From NCBI GenBank assembly GCA_002269645.1, contig NIVC01000483.1, positions 62,001-126,000 of the forward strand: a stretch of 64,000 nt of DNA, written 5' to 3'. Below the pieces are notes generated by a model. The model had not been told where the DNA came from, did no database searches, and saw only the letters and a list, made by a program, of their open reading frames with translations. Shown here piece by piece: positions 56,246 to 64,000 of this stretch; position 1 is the stretch's first letter; each line of letters opens with the position of its first letter. Source of the stretch: Macrostomum lignano (lineage: Eukaryota). The position numbers were made by a program, and so were the translations under genes.

Positions 56246-56691
56246 TATACCTTTTAACAGTGTTGTTGGGCATAAGTGAAATTTATCTAGTCCAAGTGCT
56301 CCTACCACTGAGCGAAGTGAGTTTGATTTAGTCGCTTCAATTAGCTTGCAGCCATAGACGGTGAATTCAATATAGTCGTTTTTAGCGCGCGCAACGAGAT
56401 CGTGACTTTTATTTAGTCAAAGTGAAATGAATATGGTCAACGAGATCGTAAACTTTCAAATTCTATAGCCAAACAAGAACTCTAAGCGGACTAAATAAAT
56501 TTCACTACGACTAACTTTAAGTCACGGTAAGCTCAGCGCTAAGCAAGAGTGACCAAATATATTTCACTTTTCCTCAATCGTCTATGGCCAAAATCAACAG
56601 CTAGACTATATCAAACTCACTTCACTCAGTGGTAGGAACACTTGGACTAAATAAATTTCACTTATGCCCAACAACACTGTTAAAAGGTATA
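56246..56691. mobile_element. Foldback-type MITE with 88-bp terminal inverted repeats
   Basis: 56246-56333 versus reverse complement of 56604-56691, 4 mismatches; both ends read TATACC/GGTATA, compatible with a TA target site. Confidence 0.85.
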
Positions 56692-57564
56692 GTATCAAGT
56701 CAACTTGGCTTAGCAAAGAAGTAAAAACTGATCTGTCGGGTCGGACAAACTTTCGCACCATAATAAATAGCCAGTGTCTCTGCTTTATAGCCATAGACAA
56801 CTCGGGACTCCGTATGTTAAGGCGGATACAATTCACTCTTGCTGAGTCCAATAGGAATGAGCCATGTGTGCATGGTACCAAGAATTTCGACCATAGACAT
56901 GTGTGGCTTGTAGCAAAAGCCTCACCTCCTTGGTGCAGATTGGCGCATAAAACTATAATACAAGTAATACAAAACTTTGCAAAGCTGCTGTACTTTTTGA
57001 CTTTATAGAACTGTTCTACTCGTAGAATGCATACAAAGCTTTATATATTATGCTTAATAAGACTGGTATTGCGAAGCTTTTTTGCTGAAGAAACCACGCA
57101 ACAGTATTCCTTCTGCTTCCCTGCCTTATTAAGGAACCAATTCCAGTAAAACAAAAGGCCCTCCGCCATCGCTTCTCTGAAATATTCACCCAATTAAAGA
57201 GAAAATGCATCACTTCTGCTTGTTTAAAGAGCTGTTTTTTCAGAAAATTGGCTCCACATTTTGCAGAATAGATTATTAGGAGTAGAATTGGTGTCTGTAC
57301 AGCACTGGCGCGCTTGCATGTGCTCAAGATGTAGAGTGTTCTACCTCCCGTAAAAAGTAAAGTGTTAATCATAGAATGCTATAAGTAAGTCAGCCAAAAG
57401 TTTCCGGAATTTTTTAGAATCGAACTTTTAGTTAATTTTTGTCTATGGAAAAGCTTAAAAGCAGCAACCATCTACTATGCTGTTGGCCAGCCTTATCATC
57501 ACTCTTTAGCTTAACATTGCTCAGTTTCCCAGACCCTGCCTACTTAAGCCAGCAAGTGCATCCA

Positions 57565-57945
57565 ATGGAACTGCCAAGAACTGAATGGCGAGCAATTCTG
57601 CTCAACCACTTTCATGCGGGACGCAACGCAGCAGAGGCACATCGCGAGTTGTTGCAGCTGATGGGCCCACATGCACCCTCCAAGTCGTCGGTGTACGACT
57701 GGTTCTCTTGCTTTGCTGAGGAGAACTATGAGCTGAAGGACAAGCCGAGGTCAGGCCGACCCCCTGCTGCTGATGGCGATGCCGTTCTCCAAGCCCTTGA
57801 GGACAATCCGGACTACAGCGTGCGCAAGCTGTCAGCCGCTACTGGGGTGTCCTATGGCACGGTCCGGCGGAGCCTGCATGCTGCAGACAAGGTGCCGAAG
57901 AAGCCAACTCTGGTGCCCCATGAGCTGACACCTCAGCAGCTGAGA
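57565..57945 (+). CDS. Mariner transposase, N-terminal HTH part (codons 1-127)
   Basis: MELPRTEWRAILL...WF..F...D.PRSGRP...LVPHEL. Confidence 0.9.
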
Positions 57946-59520
57946 CAACAACAACAACAACAGAGTACGCTGCCAGTTCACAAAAGCAGCGTCAGATGGC
58001 GCGCTTCAAAGCTTGGGCGCGAACAAAAGCCGCACCGCCGGCAGAGTCCGGGGCGCCGGCGTCAGCCAGCAGACAGTCGACGTAGCGCCGAGTCTTCGCC
58101 TGTCCCCGCCGGTAGGGTGCCTGCAACGTAAGTAGCAGCACCTCCTGCACCGGCTCCGGACAGTAGGCCTCGGCGCGGATGACGTGGCCTGCCAGCTGGA
58201 GTCGCCGACGGCGCAGCAGATCGCTAGGACGGTCCAGGCCGGCGCGATGATAGAGCGCCGTGTTGGTGACTCGCTCGTTGCCGATCTTGAAGGCGGCGCG
58301 CAGCAGGCCAGCGTGCGCCGCGTCGACTTGAGCCTCGAGCGAGTCTGTCAGAGTCCAGGTCTCGGCGTTGTATAACAGGACGGTCTCGATCACCGCCTGG
58401 AACAGCGCCGCCCTCTGGCGGTCCGGTAGGGCCTCGGACTGCAGGACTGACCTTATAGAACGAAAGGCAGCCCAAGCAAGTCCTCGGCGACGCCGCAGAT
58501 CCTCGCGGACGTCGGGAACCAGACCGCCGAGGTAGACGAACTGCTGACATCTTGGAAGCTCACTCGCCTGTCCGTCAGCGCCTCGGCAGAAGATTGCAGC
58601 CTCGGTGTCGTCCGGCACGCATAGCACGACGGTCTTCTGCGTGTTGACCACCAGGCCGACGCTCGCAGCAAAGGCAACCAGCCTATCCAGCTGTCGTTGG
58701 GCGCCCTCGACGGTCGAGGACAGCAGGGCGAGGTCATCGGCGTAGCCAAGCACGCTGAGCCGTCTCTCCGGTTGGCGTCGACCCACGCGTCGCCGCAGCA
58801 GGAAGCCGTCGTCGTTGGAAGGCAGAGCAGTCCATAGCACCCAGTCAAGCACCAGAATAAATAGGAACGGCGCTAGCGTATCTCCCTGGAGCACCCCGGA
58901 GGATGTCTCGAAGAAATCCGATAGGCCGTCCGGTGTTGAGACAGCAGCCGTCGTGCCGTGGTACAGCGCCATGACAGCAGAAATCAGCAGCTCTGGCACG
59001 TTGTACGCACGGAGCACCTCTGGGAGCGCGTCCCTCACGACCGAGTCGAAAGCCTTCCTGAAATCGACGAAGATCAGGATCAGGGTCAACTGGCGGATGC
59101 GCGCCTCCTCGATGACTCATCGAAGAGCCAGGATCTGCGTCACTGTGCCGCGATGGGGCCGGAATCCGTTCTGCTCAGGTCGCAGGTACGGGTCCAGCAC
59201 AGGCTGTAACCGCGATAGCAGCATGCGGTTGAACAGCTTCGCGGCGCAGGACTGTAGGCAGATGCCTCGATGCTCCTCGAGCTTGGTGGTGCCCGGCTTC
59301 TTTGGAATGGCGACGATGTGCGCCGTGGTCCATTCGTTTGGCGCCACCTCACCGAAAAGCACGCGGTTCATCACTCTGGCGACCTCAGTGGCCACGCAGT
59401 GGATCCGCAGCGCCTCGGTGGGCACCTCGTCCGGACCAAGCGCTTTGCCGCCCGGCGACTGCCGAGCGAACTTCACAACGTCGGCTGTGCTGACTGGGGC
59501 AACATTGAAGCAGCTTGCGA
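57946..59520 (-). mobile_element. 5'-truncated RTE-clade non-LTR retrotransposon (RT domain, one in-frame TGA)
   Basis: RT motifs PKKPG, RGICL, EQNGFRPHRG, FVDFRKAFDSV, GVLQGDTLAPFLF, YADD, YLG; (TTG)n tail; 11-bp TSD AGCAGCTGAGA at 57935-57945 and 59521-59531. Confidence 0.95.
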
Positions 59521-59531
59521 AGCAGCTGAGA

Positions 59532-60173
59532 GCCAGGGTGAATGTGGCAACTTCGAATCTTCGCCAGGCCGGTTCTCCAAACTTTCTCAAGTCGATAATC
59601 GCTCAAGACGAGCAGTGGGTCTGCTATGAGAACCCAAGCACATCAGCCGTCTGGGTCGATGCTTCTGAAGAACCACCCAGCTGCCCAATGCGGAACCCCC
59701 ACTGCGGCAAGGAGCTGCTCTTTTTCTGGTTCTGCTCGTCTGGCCCTGTTTTCTGGGAGGTCATCCCGCATGGCATGGCTGTGAACGCGGAGGTGATCTG
59801 CAGCGAACTGGAGCAGGTCGCCCGTTTGCTGCGATCCGTGTGCCCGGGACACCGCGACAAGGTGCTCCTCTTCGACAATGCGTGGCCTCACAAAGCAAGA
59901 CTCACCCAGGCCAAGCTGGCAAGCCTGGGCTTCAGTGTTTTGCCCCACCCACCATACTCGCCAGACCTCTCGCCATGCGACTACCATGTGTTCAGGTCTC
60001 TCCAGAGCTTTTGTGATGGACAGCGGTTCGCCAACAAGCAACATGTGGAGCAGGCAGTGCAGAAATGGATTGATTCAAAGCCTGCGAGCTTCTGGAGGGA
60101 GGGGATTGAGGCATTGCCAGCAAGATGGGAGAGGGTCAAGGCCTTGAATGGCAACTACATCACATCGCTGTAA
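59532..60173 (+). CDS. Mariner transposase, C-terminal catalytic part (213 aa)
   Basis: QDEQW, FDNAWPH and HPPYSPDLSPCDYHVF; in frame with the N-terminal part once the LINE and one TSD are removed (340 aa total). Confidence 0.92.
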   Translation, partial: ARVNVATSNLRQAGSPNFLKSIIAQDEQWVCYENPSTSAVWVDASEEPPSCPMRNPHCGKELLFFWFCSSGPVFWEVIPHGMAVNAEVICSELEQVARLLRSVCPGHRDKVLLFDNAWPHKARLTQAKLASLGFSVLPHPPYSPDLSPCDYHVFRSLQSFCDGQRFANKQHVEQAVQKWIDSKPASFWREGIEALPARWERVKALNGNYITSL

Positions 60174-60277
60174 ACTGTTTGTTCTTGACACTATTTGTTA
60201 TAGTTTTAAAATGTTCAAATTCCGGAAACTTTTGGCTCACCCTAATAAGTGCACGCATGCGCACCTAAACTTTAAGG

Positions 60278-60450
60278 ATGATTCATGTTGCTATTTATGG
60301 CAGCAGAATGATTCATGTTGCTATTTATAGCAGCAGAATGATTCATGTTACTATTTACAGCAGCAGAATGAGTCATGTTACTATTTATAACCACACGATG
60401 AATCATGTTACCCCTTATAGCGCAACACGTGAATCATGTTACTATTTTTG
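60278..60450. repeat. 30-bp minisatellite (ATGATTCATGTTGCTATTTATAGCAGCAGA)
   Basis: About 5-6 progressively decaying copies. Confidence 0.85.
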
Positions 60451-60862
60451 GCCCACAAAATCGTCTATAAATACAAGCGGTCCAAAGCGGTACCGGAGTC
60501 AACTCCCGACGACAGGAGAAGCTCCGAAGAGGTTGTCTTTAGGAAGACTCCCTAGCTCACCAGTCGAACGAAAGACTTGATCAAGTGTTGCGGTTAGCCT
60601 TTCTTATTTGCGCCAGTTGTTGTTGAGACGTCTCGCTCAAGTCTAGTGTGTCTTGAGTCTATTTGAGTCTGTTGAGACTCTTGAGTCTGTTTGGACTCCC
60701 TTGGCAGTAGTCGCCCCGAAGGACTACCCTAGTAGATCTTAGAGGAGCTACTAGAGATATCCGGAGCATTACCTAGAGTGCATCGAGGCACTACTAGAAG
60801 AAGAAGGCTTAATTGATACCGCTATTCGGCGCAGGGTACCCATTGTTGATACGAGGCCTCTG

Positions 60863-61387
60863 GGGGGTGTTTCTCGAAACTCACGTAAGTTCTATGGTAA
60901 GTTAGATCGTAAGAAAGAAGTTTACGTGTAGCGTAAGTTTGCTCGTAAAACGCTTTCTCAAAACTCACTTAGACTTTGCGTGGCTTACGCTGTTCGTAAG
61001 TCGTATCTGAAACGAAAATTTGCATGTCTATGGTCATAAATCTGTAAATATCTTTACTTAGTCTATCGTAAGTTGCTTTCGAGAAAGACCCACCTTCGAT
61101 AAAGTTTAACTTGACTTGGCTTGACTAAAGCTTCACGTACTATGCGATTAGTGCTTAAGTGCGTCTTACGACCCATACCGAGCAGTCGTAGGGTTAAGAT
61201 CAACCTTACGAAAGACCATAGACATACGAACGTTTCGAGAAACAGTCTTTTGCGCAAAGTTACGAACTCGTAAAGTTGCGATCGATCTTACGCATAGCTA
61301 ACTTGCGAGCCCTTCGAGCAACCCGTAAGTGTAGCTTACCCAACTTACGTCTATGGTCGATCGTAAGTTGCTTTCGAGAAAGACCCC
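60863..61387. mobile_element. PIF/Harbinger-like MITE
   Basis: Ends GGGG(G)TGTTTCTCGAAA and TTTCGAGAAAGACCCC; 3-bp CTG flanks; internal CTTACG/CGTAAG and CTATGGT inverted motifs. Confidence 0.65.
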
Positions 61388-62013
61388 CTGATTGGTCCTG
61401 ACTGCAGATACCGGCCGGAAGTAACTTCATTGGAAATACAGTACAAGAAGCACCAGGACCAGAGAAGCGGATCCAAGACAGTGACCAGATCTACACGAGA
61501 TCTACTGACGAGTTCCTAGCGAGAACTACTCAAGAAATTCAAATCCGGATTGAAGGTAATTAACTACCTTCATTTGATTACTGGGTTGCCTAGCAAAGAG
61601 CTAGAAGTGATTGTTCCTTGATTATCAAAGGACTGGTAGTAAGGAACACATCAAAGAGTCAGTGGAGTTGGCCGGATTGCGTCAGCACTCACAGCCTTCG
61701 ATTTATTGATTTTATTGATTTATTTTTAGACCATATAAAACAAAAGACTGTCTGAATCACTCATTTTAGTGAGCGCTGAAATGGAGGATATTTCACTCAT
61801 TACAGAAGTCTTTTTCAACAGGGCCTCTAGTGTACTCGCTAACATACGGTAAGAGAAGCAGAATTTCCAGCCAATAGAAAGCAGCAAAATTTACTGGCTA
61901 ACGGGAGGCTAAACAACGCATTACAATATATATAGCTAACTGTAAGCACCATGACAAATTCTAATAGACTGCAAGCTACTGTCACTCGGAAATTGCTAAC
62001 TCTTTTCCAGGCA

Positions 62014-63071
62014 ATGCCTCCAGGTAAAAGATAAAACTTCTTAACTGCACAGGGGCCCTTTTTAATCTACAGAAAGTATCAATTATCATTTTAGAAAATT
62101 GGATTTTCCTTGTCCTACAACTGCTGGGTTTTCTGACTGTCTGCCAGTGCAGGTCCGGAGACACCTGGACTCAGGTGCAGGTGCAGTGCCTGTCTGAGGC
62201 CGCCGCGATTTACCGAGCGCAGGCGAGCAGCGATGTGCACTGCTCTGTGATCGCGTCCAGCAAGCAGAAAGTCGGAATCATTTTGGCCCAGTTCGAGCCG
62301 GCCTCTCTCCGCTGCAGTCTCTTCCGCTACCAGTCCGTGTGTCGCGACCTTGTCTCTGGCGGTGCGAGCAGCGACTGCCGAGTGCTCATCCGATTTCCGA
62401 TCAAATATCCGGCTCAGCTCAACCCGAAGCTCACAAACGTGTGGCTCGGAGACGACATGTCTGCATTTGAGAATGTCGTGTGCCAGGCTGACGAAGAGAC
62501 CAACCGAATTTATCCGGTCGGAGTCCAGTGGACAGAGGAGGGCGCCGCGTTCGATGGGAGCAGCTCGTTTCTGGCCATGAACAAGAGCGACATCGGGTTC
62601 GGCACAGGCGTCACGGTGCTGCTCAGGATGAAGCGGCAGCCGCAGGTGCAGCCGCTGTTTGAGTTCCTGGACTGCGCCAACTTTGCCACAGGACCTTACT
62701 ACCACCACATCTGGGAGTATTCCTCAGTATCAAGGTTCTATGTCCTCTTCTACGATACTAATTCAGTACGTAACAGAATCATGTCGTCAGCCCTTCTTAC
62801 CGCGAACGCCGGCGAGTGGATTGACCTCGGATTCACGTCGACACCGACAACAGACTCTTATGGAATGTTTGTGAACGCCTCCTTCTTGCCGATGTCTGCC
62901 ATCGATTTTCATACTGTAACTGCTTCTATTTCGGTGTCAAAGTTCTGCTTTCGGTTCGGCAAGCGGTACAATCATGCCACCCTATTCAAGGGCTCGGTCA
63001 AGGCCATCGCAATCGGCAACAGCTTCATGAACGAAACCGAGATTCGAGACTTCTTTGCCGCCCTGCCGTGA
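62014..63071 (+). CDS. Secreted protein with a Cys-containing (degenerate PAN-like) N-terminus and a LamG/ConA-like domain
   Basis: Exon 62014-62023 (ATG CCT CCA G|GTAAAA) spliced to 62095-63071 gives MPPENWIFLVLQLLGFLTVCQC (signal-peptide-like); LamG_3-like AAFDGSSSFL, TVLLRMK, EWIDLGFT, YGMFVNA, FKGSVKAIAI. Confidence 0.75.
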
Positions 63072-64000
63072 GGAGCAGCTCAGCAACTGGTGGACTCGCT
63101 GCAGTTTAAACTGTGAACTCACGACGATTTTTAGGTTTCTAAGCTTACACTTAAGTCAATAGGTGTTACCTTTTTGCGTCTTAATTCATCTGATTTGTGC
63201 AGGAATAAATTTCTTAAGCAGTGTTTGAATTTCTATTGACTTTTTCCTGTCGCTGTCTCTGATTTCTTTACTCGATTTACGGATATTTACAGACATGACG
63301 TGCAAATTGTTTCTTCGGCTAAAGCAGTGACACCTAAAGTTTCTGTAGTAAAGATTCGATTAAAACTCTCTTCAAACGTTGTGGTTTTCTTCTTAGCAGT
63401 CGAAGTCTATACTGTTTTACTTAAAAATTATTATTAGGTAATCTAGGCGTCCTTTGTCGTATCATATCCATATCAGATTCTGTTCGAATGTTTATTAAGA
63501 AAGAAAGTGCTTTACTCTTTCAAAGCTGTTTCTAACTCTTAATCAGAGTTATACTTTAAAATTTTATTGCGATTAGATAGCAAATTTAATATAGAAATGT
63601 ACGTAAGTATTTTAGTATTTGTCAATATACTTTTCAACAACGTTCCATAACAATAGTCTTGCTTATTAACTATCAGATTAGGACAAAGACAATGAGAATT
63701 TGGATAGGTACAGAGAGTTACCCTAGCTTACCAAACCATGCAGATTTCTGGAAGCCGGCTCCGATTCAAATTTGAAAATAATATCCTGATACAAACTGGA
63801 AGACCGCCGCCACTTCTTCATGAACACTGGCTTGCTAGCGCGTCGCTTATCGCATATCGCATATCGAGGTATCGCATATCTCCGTCGAAATCTATCGACA
63901 CCAGCAAAATGTATCGGCCGCTCAACGCCGTCTTGGATCTGGGAGGAATTCGTCGCTGGTGTCGCTGATGACGATCGCGTCCGCGCTCAATCAAAGTGCG

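Larger units (their letters stand above)
57384..60245 (+). mobile_element. Mariner (D,D34D-type) transposon interrupted by an RTE LINE
   Basis: TIR core AGCCAAAAGTTTCCGGAATTT at both ends, outer bases diverged; TA at 57382-57383 and 60246-60247; transposase inside. Confidence 0.93.

Noticed and set aside
61500-61545. Hammerhead ribozyme candidate CTGACGAG-hairpin (also CTGACGAG at 43030 and 45667)
   Set aside because: GAAA does not directly follow stem II and no stems I and III could be formed.
63840-64000. ATCGCAT short repeats and a GC-rich stretch at the window end
   Set aside because: Truncated by the window; no boundary or reading frame can be supported.

Overview
Repeat-rich metazoan genomic DNA with GT-AG spliced genes. 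The style (GC-rich exons, nearly every intron filled by its own tandem array, RTE LINEs, mariner, many MITEs) suggests an invertebrate, possibly a flatworm such as Macrostomum; that is inference only. No CRISPR array and no rRNA were found. Genes reconstructed by hand, in order: (1) a 7-exon minus-strand gene encoding an N-terminal CARD followed by an APPBP2-like BC-box/Cul2-box and TPR array, the most unusual item in the window; (2) a divergently transcribed 3-exon CFAP90/C5orf49 orthologue; (3) two intronless four-EF-hand calmodulin-like paralogues; (4) a multi-exon FRMD3/FRMD5-type FERM gene with a C-terminal membrane anchor; (5) a probable type I membrane protein (signal peptide, PAN/apple, F5/8C-like, EGF repeats, TSP1, TM); (6) a secreted LamG/ConA-fold protein. 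Mobile DNA includes a nested hAT > MULE-like > MITE plus RTE-relic stack, several MITEs with clear TSDs, and a mariner whose otherwise intact transposase is split by a 5'-truncated RTE LINE. A 2.6-kb duplication around a 33-N gap and repeated 1-bp frameshifts in conserved exons point to assembly errors. Homologies are from motif recognition and remembered sequences, not database searches.
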